Of a stretch of 64,000 nt of DNA, positions 20,630 to 30,913 are shown in pieces. Source of the stretch: Nitrospirota bacterium (GTDB taxonomy: Bacteria; Nitrospirota; Thermodesulfovibrionia; Thermodesulfovibrionales; JdFR-86). The stretch covers positions 128,001-192,000 of the forward strand of contig CAVRJY010000002.1 in NCBI GenBank assembly GCA_963721805.1. Direction: 5' to 3'. The position numbers were made by a program, and so were the translations under genes. A model generated the notes under the pieces. It worked only from the letters and a program-made list of their open reading frames with translations, was not told the DNA's origin and did not search any database. The first letter of the stretch is position 1. Every line of letters begins with the position of its first letter.

Positions 20630-20635
20630 GTGCGG

Positions 20636-23600
20636 CTAGAGCCTCTTTTCGTACTCGGGTTCGCGGAACGTGAAGGTGAAGGCCGCGCCGGGGCGCGCCG
20701 TGATCTCGACCTTGCCGCGAAGCTGGCTGGTCATCAGGCCTTTTATCAGTTTGAGGCCCAGGGTGCCGGTGGACGTCATGTCGAAGCCCTCCGGGAACCC
20801 CACGCCGTTGTCGGCATATGCCAGCCTGATCTCGCCATCGTGCGAGATGTGGCCGCTGATCGTGATCTCGCCGCTTCGGCCGTCCGGGAAGGCGTACTTG
20901 AAGGAGTTGGCCATGAGTTCGTTTATCACAAGGCCGCAGGGCAGGAGCGTGTCGATAGAGAGCTCGAAGTCAGCTATGTCGAGCTTCACCGCAACGCTGC
21001 CGGGGCGGACCTTGTATGCCCTCAGCATGGCGTCGGTCAGGTCGCCGACGTAGTCGCGGAGCCTGACGTGCGAGAGGTCCTGGGAGCGGTAGAGCCTCTC
21101 GTGCACGAGCGACATCGACATGATCCGGTTTTGGAGGTCGCGGAACATCTGGTGGATTTTTTCGTCCGCGACCAGAGAGGAGGTCTGCAGGTTGATGAGG
21201 CTCCTGATGACGTTCATGTTGTTCTTGGTGCGGTGGTAGAGCTCGCGCAGGAGGGTCTCGCGCTCGATGAGCGACTTCCTGAGCTGCTCCTCCATCAGCA
21301 CGCGCTCGGTGATGTCGCGGGAGATGCCCAAGAGCCCTGTATGCCTGCCCTCGTCGTCATAGATGCAGGTCTTGATCGTGTCGAGGTATATCATCTGTCC
21401 GTCGGGGCCTTTGAAGTGTTCCTCTGAGTGCTCGGGCCTGATGCTCTTTATCGCGGCCTCGTCGCTTTGGATGCACATCTCGGCCATCTCGCGCGGCATA
21501 AAGTCGTAATTCGTCTTGCCGATCAGGTCCTCCATTGGGAGCCCCATTGATACGGCAGTCATGCGGTTGGCCATAACGTAGCGGCCCTCGGCATCCCTGT
21601 AATAAACCATGTCGGGGATGGCCTGCATCAGGCTATGAAGCAGCCTGTTGGTCTCCCTGATCTCCTCTTCCATTCGCTTGCGCTCGGTGATGTCGCGGAA
21701 CACGCCGAGCAGGCACTGTCTGCCGCCTAGCGTGATCCGGGCCGTGCCGACGTCGGCGAAGAAGACCGTGCCGTCCTTCCTCTGGACCGGCAGGTCGGAG
21801 GCTATTATGATCTCGCCGCTTGCCTGTTTTTCGAACTCCTCCATGACGTGCGGCAGGGCGTCCCTGGGGTGGATATCCTCGACGCCCAGCCCGGTGAGTT
21901 CATCTGCCGTGTAGCCGAGCATCTCGCAAATCGCCCGGTTTGCGGCCACGAACCGCCTGTCTGAGGGGTCGGCGATGAGTATCCCGTCGTTTACGCTCTC
22001 AAAGATGGTCCGGAACTTCTCCTCGCTATCGCGTAGAATGGCCTCGGCCTTCTTGCGCTCTGTAATGTCCCTAAACGCGCCGACCGAGTAACGCCTCCCG
22101 CCGAACATGAAGGCCGCGGTGCTGATGTCGGCGTAGAATACGGTGCCGTCCTTCCTCAGGACCGGCAGGTCAGGCGCAACGATCTTCTCGCCTGCCACCT
22201 GCCTTTTGAATTCCTCGATAACACGCGGCAGGGCGTCCTTCGGGTGGATCTCTTCTATGTCCAGCCCCAGGAGCTCATCTTCCGAGTAGCCGAGCATCTC
22301 GCATATCCTGCGGTTGGCGGCCACAAACCTCCTGCTCGAGACGTCCGCGATGAGGATGCCGTCGTTGGCATATTCGAATATGGCCCTGAACTTCTCCTCG
22401 CTATCACGGAGAATGTCCTCGGTCTTCTTCCGCTCGGTGATGTCCTGCACCATGCCCACCATGCGCCGGGGTCTGCCGCTTTCGTCACGGAACACCTCAC
22501 CCATGGTGTGCAGGAAAGCGACCGAGCCGTCCTGGCGGAAAAAGCTGTATTCCAGATCGAACGGCCGCTCACCCTTCAGCGCCGCGTCTATAGCGGAGAG
22601 GAATGCCTCCCTCGTATCGGGGTGCATCTTCGAAAGGACGAGGGCATAGTCCGGCGCGATCTCGCCGGGCTGCAAGCCGTTGATGCGGTAGAGCTCGTCG
22701 GACCACTGCACCTTGTTCGTCTCGATGTCCCATTCCCACGAGCCGACGTGCGCTATGCGCTGCGAGGCGGCGAGGCTCGACTCGCTGCGCCTGATTGCAT
22801 GCTCGGCGCGCTTGCGCTCGGTGATGTCGCGGGCGATGCTCAGAAGCACCCGCTCACCGCCCAGCTCCACCAGTCGCACGCTGGCCTCCATGGGTATCAC
22901 CGCGCCGTCTTTCCTGACATGGCCGACCTCGAAGGTCGCCTTGCCCTCGGCATGGATCTTCGCTATCCTCTCAGGCACGAGGGCGGCGGACTCGGGGGAG
23001 TCGATATCGGTTATATGGAACCCAAGCATCTCCTGTTTGGTGTACCCGAGGCGCTCATGGGCGGCCGTATTCATATCAAGGAACCTGCCGTCGAGGGACA
23101 TGATTATGATGCCGTCGCTCGCGCTCTCAAAGAGCGTACGGAACTTTTCCTCGCTCTCGCGCTGCGTCCGCTCCATCCGCTTGCGCTCGGTGATGTCGCG
23201 CGCGATGCTCAGGAGGACTTTCTCGCCGCCCAGGTCAACAAGTCGCACGTTGGCCTCGACCGGCATGACAGTGCCGTCTTTCCTCAGATGGGCGACCTCG
23301 AAGATGCCCTTGCCATGCTCGAGGATCGCCGCCACCCGCGCGGGGATCCCGGAGGTAAACTCGGAGGAGTCGATCTGGTTGATGCGCATCCCGAGCATCT
23401 CCTGCCTGGTGTATCCGAGGCGCTCGTGGGCGACGGTGTTCATGTCGATGATCCTGCCTTCGAGAGAGGCTATCATTATGCCGTCGCTTGCGCCCTCGAA
23501 AAGCGTGCGGAACTTCTCCTCGCTCTCGCGCTGCGTCCGCTCCATCCGCTTGCGTTCGGATATGTCGCGGACGATGCTTAAAAGCACCTTTTCGCCCGCG

Positions 23601-24322
23601 ATCTCGGTCACCCGCGCGTTGACCTCGACCGGCAGCAGCGTGCCGTCCTTCCGCTTGTGGGCGATCTCGAATATGGCCTTGCCCTGCTCGCGGATCGCGG
23701 CCAGCCGCTCCGGCACGCCGGGGGCGAATTCGGGGGAGTCGATCTCGGTCAGGTGCATGCCGAACAGCTCATCCCTCGTGTAGCCCAGGCGCTCGTAAAT
23801 GACGCTGTTCATGTCCAGGACCCGGCCTTCGAGCGAGATGATCATGATGCCGTCTGCGGCGCTCTCAAAGAGCGTGCGGAACTTCTCCTCGCTCTCGTGC
23901 TGCGTGCGCTCCATGCGCCTCTCGTCGGTGACGTCGATCCATAGGGCGTGTGAATAGACCCGGCCCGAGAGTACGATCATCTGGGTTATGACGTGGACGT
24001 CACGCACTTCGCCCATTTTGGTCTTGTGCTTGACGAAGAAATCGGCCTTGCCATCCCGGAGTATCCTCGCTATCCTAGCGCGGATCTCCTCGATGTCCTC
24101 GACGGGGTCGATATCGGCGAGGGTCAGGCGCTCGAACTCGGCCCTCGAATACCCGAGCTGCTGGTGGGCGGCTTCGTTGAACTCGACTATCTGGCCCTTG
24201 TCGTCTACGAGGAGGACGCCGTAGGGGCACTGCTCGAACAGGACGTGGTAGCGCTTTTCGCTCTCGCCCAGCGTCTCTATGATCCGCCTGAGACCGTCGA
24301 TATCCTGCGGGGGCATTTCCAC
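20636..24322 (-). CDS. Eight-PAS cytoplasmic histidine kinase (HisKA_2 type)
   Basis: Repeated SEEKFR...DITERK PAS units; ELYHRTKNNM, NELMANSFKYAF. Confidence 0.9.
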   Translation of the reverse strand: MEMPPQDIDGLRRIIETLGESEKRYHVLFEQCPYGVLLVDDKGQIVEFNEAAHQQLGYSRAEFERLTLADIDPVEDIEEIRARIARILRDGKADFFVKHKTKMGEVRDVHVITQMIVLSGRVYSHALWIDVTDERRMERTQHESEEKFRTLFESAADGIMIISLEGRVLDMNSVIYERLGYTRDELFGMHLTEIDSPEFAPGVPERLAAIREQGKAIFEIAHKRKDGTLLPVEVNARVTEIAGEKVLLSIVRDISERKRMERTQRESEEKFRTLFEGASDGIMIASLEGRIIDMNTVAHERLGYTRQEMLGMRINQIDSSEFTSGIPARVAAILEHGKGIFEVAHLRKDGTVMPVEANVRLVDLGGEKVLLSIARDITERKRMERTQRESEEKFRTLFESASDGIIIMSLDGRFLDMNTAAHERLGYTKQEMLGFHITDIDSPESAALVPERIAKIHAEGKATFEVGHVRKDGAVIPMEASVRLVELGGERVLLSIARDITERKRAEHAIRRSESSLAASQRIAHVGSWEWDIETNKVQWSDELYRINGLQPGEIAPDYALVLSKMHPDTREAFLSAIDAALKGERPFDLEYSFFRQDGSVAFLHTMGEVFRDESGRPRRMVGMVQDITERKKTEDILRDSEEKFRAIFEYANDGILIADVSSRRFVAANRRICEMLGYSEDELLGLDIEEIHPKDALPRVIEEFKRQVAGEKIVAPDLPVLRKDGTVFYADISTAAFMFGGRRYSVGAFRDITERKKAEAILRDSEEKFRTIFESVNDGILIADPSDRRFVAANRAICEMLGYTADELTGLGVEDIHPRDALPHVMEEFEKQASGEIIIASDLPVQRKDGTVFFADVGTARITLGGRQCLLGVFRDITERKRMEEEIRETNRLLHSLMQAIPDMVYYRDAEGRYVMANRMTAVSMGLPMEDLIGKTNYDFMPREMAEMCIQSDEAAIKSIRPEHSEEHFKGPDGQMIYLDTIKTCIYDDEGRHTGLLGISRDITERVLMEEQLRKSLIERETLLRELYHRTKNNMNVIRSLINLQTSSLVADEKIHQMFRDLQNRIMSMSLVHERLYRSQDLSHVRLRDYVGDLTDAMLRAYKVRPGSVAVKLDIADFELSIDTLLPCGLVINELMANSFKYAFPDGRSGEITISGHISHDGEIRLAYADNGVGFPEGFDMTSTGTLGLKLIKGLMTSQLRGKVEITARPGAAFTFTFREPEYEKRL

Positions 24323-24420
24323 GTGGCTACTCCCTGTGAGCCTTAGAGGATGAATACATCTACGATGATAACAAAAATGTGGCTATTAAGCAATAAAGAA
24401 TGAGCACGGGCGCGGGATTG

Positions 24421-24790
24421 CTAGGCGTTGCCCTTCTTGCCGATCGAGTCGTAATAGGCCTCGACCGCGGCGGCCTTGACGTCGATCATCATCTCGGCGC
24501 GCGCCTTATTGAGCAGCGGCATCGGGACGCGAAGCGTCTTTGAGAGCTCCTCCAGCGGCTTTCCGCCGTTGAAGTGCATCTCCCCGATCAGGACCTTGAG
24601 GATGTCGTCGAGGGCCGCGTCCTTCGTCTCGGCGTCGGGGAAGCTTATCATCCCGGCCGCCTCGTCGAAGGAGAGGCCGTTTTTGATCGCCGAGCGCATC
24701 TTGACAAGGGTTTCGCGGAGGAACTTCACGTCCTCGGGCTCGGTGTCGTCAAACCAGGATTTATCGTCTTTTTTGCCGGTGTACCGCCAT
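24421..24790 (-). CDS. Hypothetical protein; probable +1 frameshift just after the start
   Basis: AGAGGTG RBS, ATG GCG [G] TAC ACC GGC restores MAYTGKKDDKSWF in frame with the long ORF. Confidence 0.65.
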
Positions 24791-24807
24791 GTTGCACCTC
24801 TCTGTCT

Positions 24808-24849
24808 AAAAAAGTGACGAGGGCGGGGACCGCACATTCCCCGCCCTCG
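24808..24849 (-). terminator. Terminator-like hairpin after atpE
   Basis: CGAGGGCGGGGA...TCCCCGCCCTCG stem with a T6 run shortly after it on the minus strand. Confidence 0.6.
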
Positions 24850-24867
24850 CCGGATATGTTTAGTAAA

Positions 24868-25227
24868 TTATACGTGAAACGGATTTGCGTATAAAACGAT
24901 CAGGACCACGACGAGTGCGTAGATGCAGAGTGATTCGATCATCGCCATACCAACGATCATCGTCGTCATGATCTTGCCGGATACTCCCGGATTTCTTGCA
25001 ACGCCTTCGCAGGCGCCGCCCAGACCGCTACCCATGCCGATGCCGGTGCCGAGTGCCGCAAGGCCGATGCCAAAGCCGCAACCCAGAACTGCCAGTGCAT
25101 AGTAGAAAATCTTGTTAAAACCCGCCGCAGCGGCCGCAGCCGGTGCAGCCTCCTCGGCGGATGCCAGGGTGGCCATTATTGCGACGCCAGCCAGCGCGAG
25201 GAGCGATATTACAAGAGACTTCTTCAT
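24868..25227 (-). CDS. atpE: ATP synthase F0 subunit c with N-terminal extension
   Basis: GIGMG, ARNP loop, MAMIESLCIY. Confidence 0.93.
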   Translation of the reverse strand: MKKSLVISLLALAGVAIMATLASAEEAAPAAAAAAGFNKIFYYALAVLGCGFGIGLAALGTGIGMGSGLGGACEGVARNPGVSGKIMTTMIVGMAMIESLCIYALVVVLIVLYANPFHV

Positions 25228-25312
25228 AGTGTGTTTCCTCCTTTCCTCTAAGAGTTTGTGATGCCTATCGTTATAAACCCCGCCGGATCGGCTTGACCTG
25301 ACGCGGGCGCTA

Positions 25313-25999
25313 TTAGTGTCCCTCTTCCACGGCCTGCGAGAGATAGATCGTCGAGAGCAGCGAGAACACGAAGGCCTGCACGACGCAGACGAGCGTGCCG
25401 AGGCCGAGGATCGCGGTCGGGATGATTGCCGGAGCCAGGACGCCGAGGACCAGGAGCAGGTAGTGCTTGGCGATCATGTTGCCGAAGAGCCTGACCGAGA
25501 GCGTGACCGGCCGCGCCAGGTGCGAGATGATCTCGATAAGGAACATCATGATCATCAGGGGCAGCGCCGACCACTTCTGGATCGGGCCCATGAAGTGCAT
25601 GATGTACTTGGGGCCGTGGACCCTGATGCCGTAGAAGTGGACGACCAGGAATACCGGCACGGCCATCGAGGCGGTCATGTTGATGTTGGCGGTCGGCGAA
25701 ACGAAGCCCGGTATCAGCCCCATGAAGTTGCAGGTGAGGATGTACATGAAGAGCGTGGCGATCAGGGGGTAGAACGTCTTGCCCCAGTGGTGGCCGATCG
25801 TCTCCTCGGCAAGGTTGAGCATGCCCTCGGCGATGACCTCGACGAAGTTCTGCACCCCGGTCGGGACCAGCTTCATCGAGCCGCGTATGACGAGCGCGAC
25901 CGCGATAAGGATGATCGAGGCCAGAAACGCGTAAGATACGTACGGCGGCACCTTCTCGGAGTTAACGATAAGGTCCATCAACAGTTTTTCTTCATGCAT
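25313..25999 (-). CDS. atpB: ATP synthase F0 subunit a
   Basis: SPTANIN, RPVTLSVRLFGNM, QAFVFSLLS. Confidence 0.95.
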   Translation of the reverse strand: MHEEKLLMDLIVNSEKVPPYVSYAFLASIILIAVALVIRGSMKLVPTGVQNFVEVIAEGMLNLAEETIGHHWGKTFYPLIATLFMYILTCNFMGLIPGFVSPTANINMTASMAVPVFLVVHFYGIRVHGPKYIMHFMGPIQKWSALPLMIMMFLIEIISHLARPVTLSVRLFGNMIAKHYLLLVLGVLAPAIIPTAILGLGTLVCVVQAFVFSLLSTIYLSQAVEEGH

Positions 26000-26286
26000 A
26001 TATAAATCCCCCTCTTGGAAAAATCGGGCTTATGTTAACCCGGTTCTGCGGGTAATGTCAATAAATGGGTACATTAATACTTTAAATGGGCGCCGACCGG
26101 CGGCTTGCGCCCCCCGGGGCATGGGCTTAATCCGGTCCCGCCTCCCCGGCATGACCTGCGATCAGCCTGGCAGCGGCCACGGTTTAGTTTACAGCAAATG
26201 CGCCCAAACAGCCAGGCCTTTTAAGGATAATAGGCGCGCACGCGGTATGCGCATATATGTCTAAGCCGGCGAGCGCAAATCCGATC

Positions 26287-26461
26287 ATGCCGTTGACCGC
26301 GGGGGGCGGTGCCACGGGCACCTTCCTCTTCCCCCCGAAAGCGCGCCAGATCGCCTGAAGCCTTGGCAGGGCGAAAAGCCGCCCGAAGTGAGCGGGCCTG
26401 TAAGCGCCGCGGATAGGAGCGAGGGGGCGCTGCCCCCTATCAAGCGATTTGGGCGCGCTTT
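26287..26461 (-). repeat. Structured repeat copy C (divergent interior)
   Basis: Core 26338-26461 with conserved terminal stem; tail 26287-26298. Confidence 0.75.
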
Positions 26462-26512
26462 AAAAGTGCGCGGGGAGTTTACATTTCGAGCATGGATACG
26501 GTATCTTTTTAG

Positions 26513-27175
26513 GTGATCGATTTGCATACCCATACACTATTCAGCGACGGCGAGCTCATCCCGTTCGAACTCGTGCGCAGGGCCGCGATGAAGGGCTATA
26601 CCGCTATCGCGATCACGGACCACATGGACTCCTCGAACATGGAGTTCATCATCCCGCGCATAGCGCGCGCGGCGGCCGACCTGCTGGATGCGAGTCCGGT
26701 GAAGGTCGTGCCGGGCGCGGAGCTTACGCACATCCCGCCGCCGCTGTTCACTCGATTGGTGGCGGAGGCGCGGCGGCTCGGGGCGCTGATCGTCGTGGCG
26801 CACGGCGAGACGATAGCCGAGCCGGTCGAGCCGGGCACGAACCGCGCGGCCATAATGGCGGGCGTGGACATACTCTCGCACCCCGGCCTGATCGAGGAGG
26901 ACGACGTGGCGCTCGCGGCAGAGCGCGGCGTTGCTCTGGAGATCACCTCGCGGCGGGGGCATTCGATAACCAACGGGCACGTGGCCCGGCTGGCGCTTAA
27001 GCACGGCGCGCGCATGGTCGTCAACACCGACGCGCACGCGCCCGGAGATCTGATTGACGACGAAACGGCTAGAAACGTGCTTCGTGGAGCAGGCGTCCCC
27101 CGCGAGATGATCGAGGCGGCGTTTGAGAACTCCGAGGCACTCGTCTTTAAGGCACTGGGGAGGAAAAATGCCTAA
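26513..27175 (+). CDS. PHP-domain phosphoesterase
   Basis: DLHTHT, AITDH, AHGET, SHPG, NTDAH. Confidence 0.9.
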   Translation: MIDLHTHTLFSDGELIPFELVRRAAMKGYTAIAITDHMDSSNMEFIIPRIARAAADLLDASPVKVVPGAELTHIPPPLFTRLVAEARRLGALIVVAHGETIAEPVEPGTNRAAIMAGVDILSHPGLIEEDDVALAAERGVALEITSRRGHSITNGHVARLALKHGARMVVNTDAHAPGDLIDDETARNVLRGAGVPREMIEAAFENSEALVFKALGRKNA

Positions 27176-27910
27176 GCTTATAAAAAAGAGGGTCGAGAAA
27201 CCGGAAGAACTACAGACCGAGGAAGAGGTCAAGAGCTTCCTGACCTCGATGCAGCAGAAGGCCGCGGCCAGGACCCGCGACGTGACGATAGCGGCCATAG
27301 TGGCGGCGGTCATCATCGTCGCGGTGGCCGGGACGTTCTATTATAAGAGGTCGCGGACCGAGGACGCCAACGCGCACGAGTACGCGGGCTACAAGCTCTA
27401 CTACGGGCTCTATGACAAGCAGGGCGGCGCAAGGTCGCAGAGGCTCGCGATGGCCCTCGACGAGTTCAAGAAGGCGGCCGAGATCAGAAAGACCCCGGCC
27501 ACGCTCTATTACATCGGCAGCACGTATTTTTCGATGGGCAAGTACCCGGAGGCCGTCACGGCCCTCAATGCGATGGTCGCCGCGTTCCCGGCCGACCAGG
27601 AGTTCGTGCCGCTCGCGAGATACCGTGTAGCCACGGCCGAGGAGTTCATGGGCAAGAACGACGAGGCCCTTAAGGACTTCGACGCCATCGCTGCCAGCTC
27701 GGGCTCGCTGCGCGACCTCGCGCTCTCCGAATCCGCGCAGCTGCTCGTAAAGCTCGGCCGCCGGCCGAGGCAAAGGCGAAGTATGAGGCGCTGCTCAAGC
27801 AGTTCCCGGGCTCGTCATACGCCGACGTAGCCGAGGCGTACATCAAGCGCGCAAACGGGATATCGAACAGCCCGCTTGAGGCCCCGTCCCCGGCGCAGAA
27901 AAAGAAATAG
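27168..27910 (+). CDS. Membrane-anchored TPR protein (YfgM-like); frameshift near 27760
   Basis: Single TM then TPR helices; C-terminus AEAKAKYEALLKQFPGS lies in the shifted frame. Confidence 0.75.
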
Positions 27911-28068
27911 GCCGGCAGCACGGCCTTATCTGACGCCGCGCGCCCGACGGGCATCCAGGGCCACGCTCTGATTGGTTGTATTGAAACGGCTTGACCTCCA
28001 CGGCAAAGTGTGATAGATTCTGATTGAAATACAAGGTCAGAACGCATGGCGCACGCAGGAGGCTGCCG

Positions 28069-28953
28069 ATGCCTTTCATCGATTTCGCGGGAGACCTTCC
28101 GCGCAGAGACGCATGTGAAAAGATAGCCGACGAGATCAGGGGGTTCATCGACCTTTCGCTGCATGCCGGAGAGTTCGCGTGGGACGACTGGGTGCGCGCG
28201 CTCATCAAGCCCCCGCAGGTCTCGTGCTGGATCATGAAGGGATGCGGCAATACCGGCTGTCCGGCCTATGAGGTGCAGGGCTTGCGGTGCTGGCTGGTGG
28301 CCGGCATGATGGGCGGCAGCGAGCCCACGTGCGACTATGCGATAAAGTACCAGGGCTGCACCAACTGCGAGGTCTACCAGGAGGCCGTATACCGCGACCC
28401 CGAGGTCGAGATATACGAACACCTCGTGACGCTCGTCCACAACCTCAAGACCTCGCAGGACAAGCTGGCGGCGATGGCCACGCGCGACAACCTGACGGGG
28501 CTCTACAACCGCAACCACTTCAACGAGATCATCGGCCGCGAGGTCGGCCGCGCCCGGAGGCACGGCGAGGAGCTGGCCTTCCTGCTCATAGACCTCGACC
28601 ACTTCAAGCAGTTAAACGACGACTACGGCCACCTGCACGGAGACGGCGTCCTGAAGACCTTCGCCGGTATACTGCGGGGCTGCGTCAGGAGTTCGGACAT
28701 CCTGTGCAGGTTCGGCGGTGACGAGTTCGTGATCGTCTCCCCCAGGTGCGACTGCGGCGCCGGCAACTCGGTCAAGGCGCGCATAGCCGGCAGCCTCGCC
28801 CAGTGGAACGCGGAGTTCGCTTGCGCGGACTACAGGATCGAGTGCAGCATCGGGTGCGCAAACCTCATGGAAGGGATGTCGATAGTGGACGCCATCGCCG
28901 TGGCCGACAGGCTGATGTACGAGGAGAAGAACGCCAAGCGCCGGATTGCCTGA
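28069..28953 (+). CDS. Diguanylate cyclase with Cys-rich N-terminal domain
   Basis: CWIMKGC...CPAY...RCWLVAG...CxxC; DNLTGLYNR, RSSD I-site, GGDEF. Confidence 0.9.
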   Translation: MPFIDFAGDLPRRDACEKIADEIRGFIDLSLHAGEFAWDDWVRALIKPPQVSCWIMKGCGNTGCPAYEVQGLRCWLVAGMMGGSEPTCDYAIKYQGCTNCEVYQEAVYRDPEVEIYEHLVTLVHNLKTSQDKLAAMATRDNLTGLYNRNHFNEIIGREVGRARRHGEELAFLLIDLDHFKQLNDDYGHLHGDGVLKTFAGILRGCVRSSDILCRFGGDEFVIVSPRCDCGAGNSVKARIAGSLAQWNAEFACADYRIECSIGCANLMEGMSIVDAIAVADRLMYEEKNAKRRIA

Positions 28954-29095
28954 TACCCGGCAAACCCCGTCCAGCCATGATTTTAGGCGGTTTCATAACC
29001 ATATTTAGGCGTTGACCGCCGCCCGCCCGCGTGCTAGATTTGAATCAGGAAGAGTTCATCGGTTTCGCACATTGAATACTCGGGGGAGGCGGCCA

Positions 29096-29980
29096 ATGGA
29101 GTCCATCGACGGGGCAGGGGGCAATCCGCTCAGGGCGGCATGCGAGAAGCTGGTCACGGAAATCCGGGAGTTCATAGACCTCTCGCTTGAGGCGGACGAG
29201 CACCGGTGGGAGGACTGGGTCAGCTCGCTAGTGAAGCCACCGCTGGTCTCGTGCTGGCTGGAGAAGGGCTGCCGCAAGGCCGCCTGTCCGGCGTATGAGG
29301 TCGAGAACGCCAGGTGCTGGCTCGTGGCCGGGACGATGTGCGGCTGCGAGCCCACCGGAGACTTCGCGATCAAGTACCGCAGCTGCACGAAGTGCGACGT
29401 GTATCAGGAGGCCGTATACGGCGACCCGGTCGTAGAGATATACGAGCACATCCTGACGCTCGTCCACAACCTCAAGAGCAGGCAGGACAGGCTCCTCACG
29501 ATGGCTACCCGCGACCTCCTGACGGGGCTGTTCAACCGCAACCACTTCAACGATGTCATAGGCAGGGAGGTCGAGCGGGCGCGGAGGTACGGCGAGAGCC
29601 TCTCGTTCATGGTCATAGACCTCGACCGCTTCAAGCAGATAAACGACGAGTACGGCCACCTGCACGGAGACGGAGTCCTCAGGACCTTCGCCGGGATCCT
29701 TGAGAGTTCAGTGAGGCGCTCCGACATGCTCAGCCGGTTCGGGGGGGACGAGTTCGTGGTCGTCTCGCCCAGGAGCGACTGTGCAGCCAACCGCTCGCTG
29801 ATCGAGCGCGTGCAGAGCCAGCTCGCGGCATGGAACGCGGAGTTCGCAAGCAGGGACTACAGGCTCTCGTGCAGCATCGGCTGCGCCGAGATCGGCTCCG
29901 GGATGTCGGTCAATGACGCGCTGGCCAAGGCCGACAGGCTGATGTTCGAGGAGAAGAACGCCAAGCGCGCGACGAGCTGA
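29096..29980 (+). CDS. Diguanylate cyclase, tandem paralog
   Basis: Same architecture (CWLEKGC...CPAY...RCWLVAG); RRSD, GGDEF. Confidence 0.9.
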   Translation: MESIDGAGGNPLRAACEKLVTEIREFIDLSLEADEHRWEDWVSSLVKPPLVSCWLEKGCRKAACPAYEVENARCWLVAGTMCGCEPTGDFAIKYRSCTKCDVYQEAVYGDPVVEIYEHILTLVHNLKSRQDRLLTMATRDLLTGLFNRNHFNDVIGREVERARRYGESLSFMVIDLDRFKQINDEYGHLHGDGVLRTFAGILESSVRRSDMLSRFGGDEFVVVSPRSDCAANRSLIERVQSQLAAWNAEFASRDYRLSCSIGCAEIGSGMSVNDALAKADRLMFEEKNAKRATS

Positions 29981-29987
29981 ACGGCCC

Positions 29988-30824
29988 CTAGCGGCTGGGC
30001 GGGAACACGAGGCTGAACGTCGTCCAGCCCTCCGAGCCCGAGACCTCGAGCCTGCCCCCGAGCTGTCCGGCCAGGCTCTCGACTATCGTCAGCCCTATGC
30101 CGGGCCCCTCCGCCAGTTCGAACCCGCCCGGCAGCCCCTTGCCGTTGTCCGAGATCGTGTAGCTCAGCATGCCGTCCGGGAGCCTGCGGAGCGTCAGGCG
30201 TATCCGCGGGCTCGCGTGGCCCTCGAAGGCGTGCAGCAGGGCGTTGGTCAGGGTCTCGTTTATCACGAGCCCAAGCGGGATGAGCGTATCCATGTCGAGG
30301 CTGAGCTGCTCGACGTCGAGCGCGATGTCCGTGTCCCGCTGCGCGGGCAAGGAGCCCCGGACCTCCTCGACGAGCGAGAGGATATAGTCCTTCGCGTCTA
30401 TCGCGGCGACGTCCCCTTTTTCATATAGCTTGTTGTGCACGAGGGCCATCGAGCGAATGCGGCCCCGGCTTTTTTTGAGCAGCTCGCGGCAGGCCCCGTC
30501 GCCGGCCGAGCGGGCCTGCATGCTCAGGAGCGAGTCTATGACCGCGAGGTTGTTCTTCACGCGGTGGTGGACCTCCTGCAGCAGGAGGACCTTCTCTTTG
30601 AGCGCGGCCTCGATGTGGCTGGCGTACCTGGTGATGAGGACGTAGAGCAGCCACGAGGTCACGGCCACGTAGACCCAGCCCTTGAGCACCGCGAGCCGGG
30701 TCATCGTCTCCGGGGAGCGGGAGATGAGGGGGAGCATAGAGTCCGAGAGCAGGATCCAGAGCCCCCCGACCACAGCGTAGATCAATACGATGGATAATGG
30801 CCCAAGCGCCCCCCGTTTGCCCAT
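29988..30824 (-). CDS. Two-TM histidine kinase (HisKA_2 type)
   Basis: EVHHRVKNNL, NETLTNALLHAF, DNGKG. Confidence 0.88.
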   Translation of the reverse strand: MGKRGALGPLSIVLIYAVVGGLWILLSDSMLPLISRSPETMTRLAVLKGWVYVAVTSWLLYVLITRYASHIEAALKEKVLLLQEVHHRVKNNLAVIDSLLSMQARSAGDGACRELLKKSRGRIRSMALVHNKLYEKGDVAAIDAKDYILSLVEEVRGSLPAQRDTDIALDVEQLSLDMDTLIPLGLVINETLTNALLHAFEGHASPRIRLTLRRLPDGMLSYTISDNGKGLPGGFELAEGPGIGLTIVESLAGQLGGRLEVSGSEGWTTFSLVFPPSR

Positions 30825-30913
30825 AGGATATCGTATCACAAAGCGTAGCGCGCAGGGCAATGCAGGTGCGCCGGTCGATTTATAATCCGCGCCCCGATTG
30901 GTTATAATCAGTC

